A stretch of DNA of 62,539 bases, counting the filler, from Gemmatimonadota bacterium (GTDB lineage: Bacteria > 4572-55 > J002), in assembly GCA_003697105.1 (NCBI GenBank). It is 6 parts of 6 records of this genome, joined end to end, with 100 filler letters (N's around TTAATTAATTAA, not from the genome) between each part and the next. Parts side by side here need not be neighbours in the genome. Positions count along the whole stretch, not along the records: positions 20,101 to 28,606 come from RFFQ01000116.1; positions 28,707 to 46,277 come from RFFQ01000118.1; 4 more parts are not named here. The stretch is one strand, 5' to 3'. The notes beneath the pieces were generated by a model. The model did not search any database. It had not been told where the DNA came from and worked only from the letters and a program-made list of their open reading frames with translations. Below, piece after piece: positions 20,101-28,980 of this stretch. How positions within the stretch are numbered: the first letter of the stretch is position 1; every line of letters begins with the position of its first letter. A program made the translations under genes and the position numbers.

Positions 20101-21489
20101 GGGGATCACATCCACCGCACCATTCAGCCACTGCACCCGTACGGAATCTATGAGGTCAGTCATGCCGAGACCAAATTCCGCAATTAAATGGTTCTGCCCG
20201 CCACGTCCGGTAAGCCCGCTGACTTCGCGATATTGCCTTCCTGCTGTCGTAAATAGGGTAATTTTTGCGCCGATAGTGCTGGCATCGGCGGTTTGTGTCC
20301 GGCATTCCACTTGTAACCAATTATGGCCATTCCCATTATTTTGGTACAGCAGGTTATTCTCACCCGCCCCGTTGGCAATAAAAATATCGGTATCGCCGTC
20401 ACCATCATAATCGGCACAACTGATGCCGTGATAGGGAGCTTCCAGAAGGAGCAACTCCTCATTTTCATCAATAACGAGATCAAATGTGCCATCACCGTTA
20501 TTGTGATAGAGATGGCACAAGCGCGTATCACCACTATTCGCAACGATCATATCGAGCCAGCCATCATTATCATAATCCAGCCACGCACTGCTAAACGAAG
20601 CACCGATAGTGGTCACAATATCACCCGCATCTGCAGGGCTGAAGGTGCCATCACCATTATTTTGGTAGAGATTATTGGGCGTGCCGTTCGAGGGTCCATA
20701 GTTGATCACGTACAGATCGAGATCACCATCATTATCATAATCACCCCAATTTCCACCTTGTGAACTAAAAGCGTCGGTGGCAATCGCACCGGAAGTGACG
20801 CGAGTAAAATTGCCATTTCCCTGATTTTCATAGAGAAAATTAACGGCATCCCCGGTATTTGCTACAAACAGGTCAAGATCGCCATCATTGTCATAATCCG
20901 CCCAAATGCAGTTGCGTGAATTTCCGCCATCATTCACAATCCCACCTGTGGTGATTCGCTCAAAGGTGCCATTTCCCAAGTTATGAAATAGCATGTTGTT
21001 TTCACCATTGTTTGCCACAAATAGGTCGAGCCAGCCATCATTGTCATAATCTCCCCATGCCGCCCCTTGTGAATTGGCACCATCATTGACAATTTCACCT
21101 GAAGTAACCGCCGTAAAATTCCCATTACCGGTATTTGTATATAACGCATTATCTCCCTCGTTCGGTACAAAGAGGTCGAGGTCACCGTCATTATCATAAT
21201 CCCCCCAAGTACCGGCATAGGAAACGGTATTCTCCTGCACAATCGACCCGCTGGTGATACGGGTAAACGTGCCATCTCCATTATTGACATATAACAAATT
21301 TTCACTTTGACGATTCGCCCCAAACAGATCGGGATGACCATCGCCATTAAAATCGCCCCAAGCACAGCCCCACGTATTACCACCGTTATTGACAATATCC
21401 CCGCTGGTGGTGCGCGTAAACTGTTGCCCAAAGGCAGACGCCGTAAAACAGAAAAGAACAAACCATAACCAGATCATGTACTTAGACAT
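20101..21489 (-). CDS. Secreted FG-GAP/VCBS beta-propeller + ASPIC/UnbV protein (CRTAC1-like), 3'-truncated
   Basis: Signal peptide; seven (W)GDYDNDGxLDL-type repeats; N-WLQV…GAKITL…EFGLG…VQW UnbV motif. Confidence 0.92.
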
Positions 21490-21540
21490 TATCAAACCTC
21501 ATAAATTAGGGATTAGAACTCAGGATTCGGAGCTTAGGGT

Positions 21541-22059
21541 TTAGGAAGTTGAAGACGGATTTGAGCCTTCCGGTACACTGGAAAAAATGACCACAAACCG
21601 GATACCCCACCCGACAGTAAACGCCATAAATATCCCTAAAATGCTCCAAAAAGCAACACCTGGTAATACCGGTGGTGGGTTGAGATTCGCTCGAAAGATG
21701 AGTTCAACTACAATCATCAGGAAAAGCAACGTGAAAACTGCCATTAGATGCATTTCCCGTTGAATCACGTTCATAGTGGTTTCAGACCGTTCTGGAGCGA
21801 GCCAATAGTCTTTGTTTGGTAAATTGATAACAGTGTTGGGAAGGTGGCGCATTAAACCGCCCATCATTACAAATAGAATCGCTAATCCGCCCATCAATAT
21901 CAGATACAAATTGATGAACTCAGACTTACTGCACCAACCATCCGGTTGATTTTGAGCGTCAAAATGGGATGCCACCACATCCGGTAGTTGCGGCGCGTAA
22001 TAAAGGCACTGAACGGCCGCTAAAATTAAGATTAAATATATCAGTAACGTCATTTTCAT
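21541..22059 (-). CDS. DUF1648-type membrane protein
   Basis: LPDVVASHFD…PDGW…K, INLPNKDYW; 4 TM segments. Confidence 0.8.
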   Translation of the reverse strand: MKMTLLIYLILILAAVQCLYYAPQLPDVVASHFDAQNQPDGWCSKSEFINLYLILMGGLAILFVMMGGLMRHLPNTVINLPNKDYWLAPERSETTMNVIQREMHLMAVFTLLFLMIVVELIFRANLNPPPVLPGVAFWSILGIFMAFTVGWGIRFVVIFSSVPEGSNPSSTS

Positions 22060-22150
22060 AAGATAACCTCCATCAATGATGAAGGATGAAGGCGAAAGGA
22101 TAACCCCCTCGCCCTGAAAATTATAAAATCCACAAACTCACGAACTCAGA

Positions 22151-25100
22151 TCATTTTAAGAGTAACATTCGGCGGCTTTCGGTGGTATCACCGGTTTGCA
22201 ACGTATAGAGATAAAGACCGCTGGAAACTCCCAAACCGTTATTATCCGTACCATCCCATGTGATTTGATATGTGCCAGTCGATTGCTGGTCAAGGTCGAT
22301 CAATGTACGAATCAGATGACCTGAAATATCGTAAATACTAAGATTGACCGGCATCGCCTGTGGCAGTTGGTAGCGGATCGTAGTTTGCGGATTAAACGGA
22401 TTCGGATAGTTTTGATACAACGTCACTTGTTGAGGGACATGTAAGGTCAGGTCTGTTTGTTCCACATCTACGGTTTGGTCACTGCCGTAGATCACAAAGC
22501 GGTCAATAAACCAGCCCCGATGGTCATCTGTATTCGTGCTAGCAAACCGGAATTTGACTTGAATCCACTGTCCCATAAACGCACTCAAATCAAAGCGGAT
22601 TTGTTCCCATCCCTCACTGGAGCCGGTAAAACCGGGTTGGCCCGCTAATCCCACAACGGAATTGTCGGGATAACCGCCTTCCGGTACGACAATCACGCCT
22701 GCCGGATTCGCCGCAGTAGAAATCCGCACATGACCTCCATCCCAACCGGGATTTGTTTCATACCAATGGTGTAGAATTAGATGATAATCCAGTAAAGAAT
22801 CAATCGGCACATAAAAGGCGGGGCTCACAAGGTCTGAGTTTGCTTGAGGTTGGTAATTTCCATCCAGATTAAAGCCCCATAGATACTCGCCTTCGTACGC
22901 TTCTGCGGGACCACCTGCGGGTGTCGGGCTACCATACTCCCAACCACATCCGCCATTGGCGCACTCTTCCGTAAAATTGCCATCATCGGCTTCAAAACCT
23001 TGAATGCCGGCAAGGGCAAAATTGACCATCACCGGCTGATTTTCCGGTACGGTGGCTTGAATCATTCGCATTTCATGGGTGGGGTCTGCGGCGTAAACCT
23101 CGTAGGTGTATGATCCCGGGCAGATAATCTCATAAAATCCCTCGCTATCGGTGAAGACTGGGGGCAACTCAACACCATCTTGTACCGCCATCACCGCCAC
23201 ACCTGCCAAATGCACCTGATTCATATCCCAGACATAGCCTTGAATCCGTCCAGAGGGTAATGGGTTCAGGGGAATATCCACTTGCAAGGTCTCGTCTTCT
23301 GCTACGGTCAACATCCCGGACTCAAAAATTTCGTAACCAAAATGTTGGGCTGTAATTTGGTATTCACCGGCACCCGGCACATAAATCCGGTAGAAACCCG
23401 TTTCATCAGCTTGGACGGAATATTGATCGACTAAGGTGACCCTCGCCGGAACCGGATCGCCGTTTTCACTATTGGTGATGGTGCCCTCAATCGCTTCACC
23501 GGAAAGCGCTTCAATGGTGCTGATATATGGAATAAAATTGTGCCCGTCCACCACAAGGTCATAAGTGCCCATTTCAGAGGCATGGGTGTAGATGGTGGCA
23601 TCGCCATTCTGGTTGGTACGTCCAGTGTAAAATTCGTCTTGCTCTATGTTGGTGATTGCTACGGTGGCACCCCAAACTGGATTTCCGTCGCTGTCTTCCA
23701 CGTGGATTATCGTTTGGGAATCCCCAATGGGAAAGATCGGGTCATGTGTCACCACAAATTCTGTAGGGGTTTCGGTGTAAATCTCACACGTGGGATCACC
23801 CATCAGGGCAAAGTGATTGTAGGTATCTTCCGTGTAAATATCGGGTAACGGATAATCAATCACAACCACTTCTTTGCCCCAAAGCAGCGCACCCCCCATC
23901 GTAAAAATACCCTGTTCAAACATCGCCTCATAAATTCCCCGGTCGAGTGAATCCCGGCGACGGGCATACGGTTCCGGGGTAGTTACTTGCGATCCGGCAA
24001 TGGATCCAATCGAGCCTTCTGGGTCGGTAGAACTACCATCGCGCATCCAGCGGACACAAAAATCGTTGTTGTTATAGTTACACTTCCCGCAAGTCAGCCA
24101 CGTGACAAAGGGGTATTTCCCATCGGGGTCGATCATTTCCATCGTGATGCCATATTCCCCGATGTAACCTCGGTAGTTCAGAAACGCCCGTCCGTCATTG
24201 ACATTATCTACCACATCTCCCGTGTGGCCATTGGTGCGATATTCATTGATCTCAATATAACCGCCGGCTTCCTGCAACAACCGGGTCCCCACTTCATCAT
24301 ATTTGGTTTCAAAAGAGGATTCCTGCGAGCAGACCAAGGTTGCCCGCTTGTTCCAATCGGTACCATCTACCACCGGATTTTGTTCGTATTGAAGTGTCCG
24401 GTTGACCATTGTCAGCAAAGAAAGCGGTGAATTGGTGCAGGGAAAACGCCCGATAATCACATCTAATTTTTCATCGTCACCTTCCAAGTACCCATACGGG
24501 TTATCCCCGAGATATCCCGTCGTCGTCCAGCCGGGCAGTACATTACCATCCCCAATTAATAGGATGTATTCGGGACGGGTAGCCGGATCATCATACACAC
24601 TTTGAATATAAGCTTTAATTTCGTTATTCGAGTCTCCCGTCTCAGAGAACGGCGCCACATACGTCCGAATACCTTTTTTATTTTTCCATGCCGCAAAGGG
24701 ACCCAGCGCACCGGCTAACGCATCCGGGGAGATAATTAAAAACGACAACCCATCCGGCGCTTCCCGTAAACCCGAAAATAAATGAGGTTTAAGCGCCTCA
24801 TAATTGACAATCGCCTTCCGATAAAAGTCCTCAAATGTGGGAGAAGGTATTGACAGAATTGATTTTGGATTCTGGGTGCTAGTACCCGTAGTTTGAATTT
24901 CAATCTGCAAATCGGTGTAAACCCGTACATCTTTCGTCACTGGATTTACCTGAATCGGACATACTTGGAGAGCAACAACCCGCACATCGCGCCAGATTTC
25001 CGGCGAACCGAGTGTTGCCAGTTCTGCGGGATAGAACGCATCCCGCTCATAGATATGCGAATCCAAAAAATGCAGTTCCGGCTCGATGTAATCCGAATAG

Positions 25101-25450
25101 GGCAGAACATCTAAACCCGGTAAAATCTCATACGCACCGGCACGGACAGAAATTTCGGCATTTGCAGTTGGGGGGATGGCAATCAGGGTGGAAATCATCG
25201 GTAACCGGGGTGCTCCCGGTTCAGAAAGATGAGGCGTTTGAGGGAAGCTTATTTTGGCATACTCAAGTTGATCGATAGAGACAAAATCAAGGTTCACCCC
25301 GGCAACATCCACTCTTAGTGTTGTACCATTTAAGTTGGCTTCCGTAACCGTCACCTGAGGCGAAGCGGGTATCTCACTGGTCAGCGGCAACCAATCCGCA
25401 AACACCACCGGTGATAAAAAAATAAGAATAATGGTAATCCAATAGCGCAT
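22151..25450 (-). CDS. Secreted C25 (gingipain-like) protein with propeptide, carboxypeptidase-regulatory-like Ig domains, jelly-roll domain and FlgD/T9SS-like CTD
   Basis: GAPRLP propeptide, WKNKKG, YILLIGD, IGRFP, LMGDP; C-terminal QNYPNPFNPQTTIRY…WDG…SSGLY. Confidence 0.88.
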   Translation of the reverse strand: MRYWITIILIFLSPVVFADWLPLTSEIPASPQVTVTEANLNGTTLRVDVAGVNLDFVSIDQLEYAKISFPQTPHLSEPGAPRLPMISTLIAIPPTANAEISVRAGAYEILPGLDVLPYSDYIEPELHFLDSHIYERDAFYPAELATLGSPEIWRDVRVVALQVCPIQVNPVTKDVRVYTDLQIEIQTTGTSTQNPKSILSIPSPTFEDFYRKAIVNYEALKPHLFSGLREAPDGLSFLIISPDALAGALGPFAAWKNKKGIRTYVAPFSETGDSNNEIKAYIQSVYDDPATRPEYILLIGDGNVLPGWTTTGYLGDNPYGYLEGDDEKLDVIIGRFPCTNSPLSLLTMVNRTLQYEQNPVVDGTDWNKRATLVCSQESSFETKYDEVGTRLLQEAGGYIEINEYRTNGHTGDVVDNVNDGRAFLNYRGYIGEYGITMEMIDPDGKYPFVTWLTCGKCNYNNNDFCVRWMRDGSSTDPEGSIGSIAGSQVTTPEPYARRRDSLDRGIYEAMFEQGIFTMGGALLWGKEVVVIDYPLPDIYTEDTYNHFALMGDPTCEIYTETPTEFVVTHDPIFPIGDSQTIIHVEDSDGNPVWGATVAITNIEQDEFYTGRTNQNGDATIYTHASEMGTYDLVVDGHNFIPYISTIEALSGEAIEGTITNSENGDPVPARVTLVDQYSVQADETGFYRIYVPGAGEYQITAQHFGYEIFESGMLTVAEDETLQVDIPLNPLPSGRIQGYVWDMNQVHLAGVAVMAVQDGVELPPVFTDSEGFYEIICPGSYTYEVYAADPTHEMRMIQATVPENQPVMVNFALAGIQGFEADDGNFTEECANGGCGWEYGSPTPAGGPAEAYEGEYLWGFNLDGNYQPQANSDLVSPAFYVPIDSLLDYHLILHHWYETNPGWDGGHVRISTAANPAGVIVVPEGGYPDNSVVGLAGQPGFTGSSEGWEQIRFDLSAFMGQWIQVKFRFASTNTDDHRGWFIDRFVIYGSDQTVDVEQTDLTLHVPQQVTLYQNYPNPFNPQTTIRYQLPQAMPVNLSIYDISGHLIRTLIDLDQQSTGTYQITWDGTDNNGLGVSSGLYLYTLQTGDTTESRRMLLLK

Positions 25451-25574
25451 AGACGCCTCCTTGAGAGAAAACAGAAAAGAATACGATGGGAAAAATGGGG
25501 AGTAAATTATGTGGGGAGTTCAAGCAAGTTGAATTATACCGAAATGCGCGGAAACGTCAAGCAAAAAATGAGAA

Positions 25575-25835
25575 TTATGATGGGCTATCATTTTTGGAAG
25601 AAGGCGTCTCTGGATAAATGGGTTGCCCGACCAACGCATCCTGCCCATACAAAACAGCGTTAAGATAGCCACTTATCAGGACAAGCAAAAGGTACGTCAC
25701 CTCAGCCGCACCAACCGCCAAGATCAGGATAATCACCATATGGAAGGCAAAAAAATGATGAAACAGCCATCCCCAAATGACGGTCAACATCAATTTGAGC
25801 GGACAGCCCAAAGCGATCAACGCATTGCCATGCAT
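25575..25835 (-). CDS. Small hypothetical membrane protein
   Basis: Hydrophobic ORF directly downstream of and co-oriented with 25851-26186. Confidence 0.45.
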   Translation of the reverse strand: MHGNALIALGCPLKLMLTVIWGWLFHHFFAFHMVIILILAVGAAEVTYLLLVLISGYLNAVLYGQDALVGQPIYPETPSSKNDSPS

Positions 25836-25850
25836 AGCAATTCTCCGGCA

Positions 25851-26186
25851 CTAATATTCCAGCGGTTCTGGATTGACCCGGCGACGAATTTCGCGGAAAA
25901 TTCGCCGGTCAACCCGGTCACCCACAAAAAACGTCAAGATAAAACTCAGGAGAATCATAAAAACCGACCGGAATTTAGGGATAAAAAAGCCGGCTCCGAG
26001 AGCTAACATCGTCGGAATCACACCTGCCGTAATTACAGTTTCACCGGTATTTTCGCGGCTAAACTGTTTGGGGTCTTCCAGATACAAGCGGAGCATGTTT
26101 CCGGCAGCAGAAGCCAGCGCGACTAAAACCAAAATCAGGAGTGATTTGAAAAGTTTGATTAAAAATGCCATGACCTTAAACCTCAT
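25851..26186 (-). CDS. Hypothetical membrane protein
   Basis: Three hydrophobic segments, basic C-terminus; start uncertain. Confidence 0.6.
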   Translation of the reverse strand: MRFKVMAFLIKLFKSLLILVLVALASAAGNMLRLYLEDPKQFSRENTGETVITAGVIPTMLALGAGFFIPKFRSVFMILLSFILTFFVGDRVDRRIFREIRRRVNPEPLEY

Positions 26187-26276
26187 TATTTATGTACCAT
26201 TGGTGGCTTAATTTCACATTCGCAACCACTTACTGGGTATATATGATAGCACAAAGAAGAATAGTTTGTAAAGACA

Positions 26277-26308
26277 AAACCCGTTTTCCGGTACCGGAAA
26301 ACGGGTTT
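26277..26308. terminator. 32-bp perfect palindrome just downstream of the lexA operon (likely terminator)
   Basis: AAACCCGTTTTCCGGT|ACCGGAAAACGGGTTT, followed by T-tract on the minus strand. Confidence 0.65.
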
Positions 26309-26317
26309 CAAGGTGCG

Positions 26318-26527
26318 TCATAAGATACGTAGCCACCAGCCAACGGCATATTGAGGCAAATCTCCCCCGCCGGAAGGCAGTTCATGTTTGCCGTAGCCTT
26401 TACCTCCAAAAAAAATGGGTTCGTAGCCGAGATATTCAGTGACCTTCTTTCGGGCTTTGGTCTCGCTACTGGCATCTTCCACAATGAAGACCCGTGGCTG
26501 GTTCTGTTTATTTTTTAAAATGATCAT
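26318..26527 (-). CDS. Small hypothetical protein (69 aa) downstream of lexA
   Basis: AGGAG RBS before ATG 26527; fills the gap between lexA stop and palindrome. Confidence 0.6.
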   Translation of the reverse strand: MIILKNKQNQPRVFIVEDASSETKARKKVTEYLGYEPIFFGGKGYGKHELPSGGGDLPQYAVGWWLRIL

Positions 26528-26546
26528 GGGCTTCTCCTGGTAACAA

Positions 26547-27164
26547 TTAAATATCACGACGAAATAGGCGCACTACTTTTCCGATGATCTGCACATCGTT
26601 TGCGGAGTCGATTTCAATGGGCTCCATCAAGTCATTCTCGGGAATGAGCCGAATGTTATCGGGTGTTCGTTCCACCCGTTTTAAGGTAACGGTATCATTA
26701 ACCCGAACCACAGCCACATCCCGTTCGGTCACGGTGGGTTGCATCCGTACAATCACAATGTCCCCATCCCGAATACCCCGATTAATCATGGACGACCCTT
26801 TCACCCGGAGAGCAAACATCTGCCCATCCGAATTATCAAGCCCCATCGCTTCCCAATCAAACTGTTCCTGAATATCGGAAATCAGGGACTGTAACACCTG
26901 TAAATTACCGGCGGGAATCTCGTACAACAAAGGTATGTGCGGCATGGTAGGAATCCGTTTGGGAATAATCCCTCGGCTTTGCTTGCGGATATATTCAATA
27001 TAGCCCTTTTTGGAAAGGCGGGTGAGATAATCCGTAACCGAATTGAGGGACTTGAACCCAAAATGAACCATAATATCCTGAAACGAAGGGGAATGCCCCT
27101 GTTCCATGTAGTACGATTCAATAAACTTTAATACTTCACTCTCACGAGCGGTTAAGTTTTTCAT
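26547..27164 (-). CDS. lexA: LexA repressor, catalytically intact
   Basis: LTARESEVL…PSFQDI…KKGYI wHTH; IPAG cleavage site; VKGSSM Ser and TLKR Lys; GGGGG RBS before ATG 27164. Confidence 0.93.
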   Translation of the reverse strand: MKNLTARESEVLKFIESYYMEQGHSPSFQDIMVHFGFKSLNSVTDYLTRLSKKGYIEYIRKQSRGIIPKRIPTMPHIPLLYEIPAGNLQVLQSLISDIQEQFDWEAMGLDNSDGQMFALRVKGSSMINRGIRDGDIVIVRMQPTVTERDVAVVRVNDTVTLKRVERTPDNIRLIPENDLMEPIEIDSANDVQIIGKVVRLFRRDI

Positions 27165-27177
27165 GAAAACCCCCTTT

Positions 27178-27384
27178 TTAATGAGCGACCGCAAAAGCCG
27201 AAACCGGTACCCGCTGTAAATACCGCTTATCTTTAAGTGCCTGAACATAATATGCCGCCAGATTGTTGGAACGCAACTTCAACTGCTGGCTGATTTCCTC
27301 AAAAGAGGGAAATACACCGGTTTTCACGCGGTAGGACTCGATAAAAAGCAGAACTTCTTGCTCCCGACGGGTTAAATTCCTCAT
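27178..27384 (-). CDS. Stand-alone LexA DNA-binding (wHTH) domain protein, 68 aa
   Basis: LTRREQEVLLFIESY…GVFPSFEEI…LKDKRYL parallels the LexA N-terminus; strong AAGGAGGT RBS. Confidence 0.85.
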   Translation of the reverse strand: MRNLTRREQEVLLFIESYRVKTGVFPSFEEISQQLKLRSNNLAAYYVQALKDKRYLQRVPVSAFAVAH

Positions 27385-27420
27385 GGTAGCACCTCCTTAG
27401 ATTGGAACGGTGGAATAGGA

Positions 27421-27458
27421 TACTGTATGAATATATAGTGTAATTATATACATGTCAA
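27421..27458 (-). promoter_or_regulatory. Sigma70 promoter of the mini-lexA/lexA operon with overlapping SOS-box-like site
   Basis: Minus strand TTGACA-17 nt-TATATT; TACTGTATGAATATATAGTG (27421-27440) resembles CTGT-N8-ACAG with one core mismatch. Confidence 0.7.
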
Positions 27459-27592
27459 GCCTAAATTTTTTGAATACCCATCGAATAATTCTCGACAGAG
27501 CGCCGTCTGCTGGGTTGGCGATACTGGCACACCGCTATGCGCCGGAAAATAAAATGGACACCATCACCCCTAAAACCAACTCGAATAAAACA

Positions 27593-27628
27593 AAAAACGC
27601 ACCCTATTAAACAGGGTGCGAAAAAAAA
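27593..27628 (-). terminator. Intrinsic terminator after 27659-27973
   Basis: CGCACCCT…AGGGTGCG stem; T-tract follows on the minus strand. Confidence 0.75.
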
Positions 27629-27658
27629 TACATCTACCTGCTGGATAACCAACACCGG

Positions 27659-27973
27659 TTAAACAGAACTACGAATTCGGCCAAGAACCCGAACATTATC
27701 GGTACCCGGAACCAAATCACTTAAGTTCACGGTGGCATCTACCGTTATTTCCCAACCATTGCTTCCTTTAGAAGGTACAAAATTATCGGCATGTTCTTGC
27801 GCCCACTGGTTGGATGTAGCCTTACTCCGGTAAATCCAAGCATCTAGCACCGTTAATTCATCAACCGTGCTGGGAACAGGGGTGCCTTGATCATCGTGCA
27901 ATGTACCAGTGAGTTGGGTTTGGGAAATTTGAGCATAATACATTTTCTCTTGTGTTTCTGCCGCCACTATCAA
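27659..27973 (-). CDS. Hypothetical protein (104 aa)
   Basis: AAAGGAGGTG RBS before TTG start; own terminator. Confidence 0.65.
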   Translation of the reverse strand: MIVAAETQEKMYYAQISQTQLTGTLHDDQGTPVPSTVDELTVLDAWIYRSKATSNQWAQEHADNFVPSKGSNGWEITVDATVNLSDLVPGTDNVRVLGRIRSSV

Positions 27974-28006
27974 ACACCTCCTTTCTCGACAAAGTTTTAA
28001 TGACTT

Positions 28007-28264
28007 CTGTAAAATACGTAACTCCCTGAAATTTATGGCGTTACGGTGTTGATTTTTACTGGATTTACCTCCTGCAATGTATTATCTTTAAGGTGTTGAA
28101 AACAAAAAAGTTAACATCACCACAGGAGGTAAATTGTGAATAACTATTTTTTCGATCATCCCCAACTTCCACTCGTTTCCGATAAGGATATTTCCAAGCT
28201 CCCCATCGTCACGAAATACGAGGCGTTGTTTGCCCAGTTGAACCTGTTCTGGCGTATTTTACAG
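28007..28264 (+). mobile_element. Internally deleted IS (mini-IS) carrying only a transposase-like 5' end
   Basis: 12-bp perfect inverted ends CTGTAAAATACG / CGTATTTTACAG; GTG ORF at 28136 (…QLPL…KYEALFAQLNL) behind an RBS-sequestering inverted repeat. Confidence 0.55.
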
Positions 28265-28405
28265 CGTATTTTTCTGATTTATCGCCAACGTTAAATTCTA
28301 TCCGCTGTTGCCCCGGATAACCCCCCACAAGCCTGTTGCGAAGGGGGAAACGATGATTATCACAGCTCTGTATAAACGGGGCTGAGCAATGATGGATAGA
28401 ATTCA

Positions 28406-28606
28406 GTTGTACGAAGCCGTGCTATGTGGATAATATCCAAGTTTTGCGCCCAACCCTAAAATAGCGAATCCGGACAAAATTCGGCGGCAGGATATGCCGT
28501 AAAAACCGCCGGATGAACTCCGTGACCTCCCGTGACATCACCTTCCCAGATACGACAATACCTGTTCGGGACCGCCAAAGGAAGGTCATCCCGAATCTCC
28601 GACTCA
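28406..28606 (-). mobile_element. IS91-family transposase remnant with internal deletions
   Basis: Minus strand reads FGGPEQVLSYLGR* then EFIRRFLRHILPPNFVRIRYF, both IS91 (Y2) motifs; ends …GGCTTCGTACAAC, reminiscent of an oriIS end. Confidence 0.8.
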
Positions 28607-28706
28607 NNNNNNNNNNNNNNNNNNNNNNNNNNNNNNNNNNNNNNNNNNNNTTAATTAATTAANNNNNNNNNNNNNNNNNNNNNNNNNNNNNNNNNNNNNN
28701 NNNNNN
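28607..28706. other. Artificial contig spacer
   Basis: N-run + TTAATTAATTAA + N-run. Confidence 0.99.
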
Positions 28707-28869
28707 CGAATGGAAACAGAAACGGAAGCCCATTAAAATCAAAAAACACGGTAAACCTGAAATCAGTTTGTTTCGATACGGGCTTGATGAATGACAATCA
28801 ATCATTGCCTATATACATCTGAAACCCATTGAATTCAAAAGAGTTATTACACTTTTGACGTGTACTTAG
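28707..28869 (+). mobile_element. 3' end of an IS4-family transposase pseudogene
   Basis: KPIKIKKHGKPEISLFRYGLDE*…LLTCT*, the KHG…SLFRYGLD…CT* C-terminus typical of IS4/IS10-group; in-frame TGA at 28792. Confidence 0.75.
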
Positions 28870-28915
28870 GGCACTGCCAGAAAAAATTGAGGAATTGCGC
28901 GGGTAAAAACAAAAA

Positions 28916-28946
28916 GGTGAGATGCATCTTAAAGATGCGTCTCACC
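28916..28946 (-). terminator. Intrinsic terminator of glgB
   Basis: GGTGAGATGCATCT/AGATGCGTCTCACC stem followed by T5 on the minus strand. Confidence 0.8.
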
Positions 28947-28980
28947 GAGTTTTGGAGATGATCTTGGCGAGGTGTCTCCT

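Noticed and set aside
27165-27248. N-terminal extension of LexA in the ORF track (start 27248), or a frameshifted double-wHTH fusion
   Set aside because: Homology and an RBS point to ATG 27164; the upstream mini-gene has its own stop, and no slippery site is evident.
28284-28412. attC-like site (…CCAAC / AATTCTATCC…GGATAGAATT / GTTGTAC)
   Set aside because: Box spacing and R' consensus do not fit, it is a single copy, there is no integron integrase, and it overlaps the putative IS91 end.
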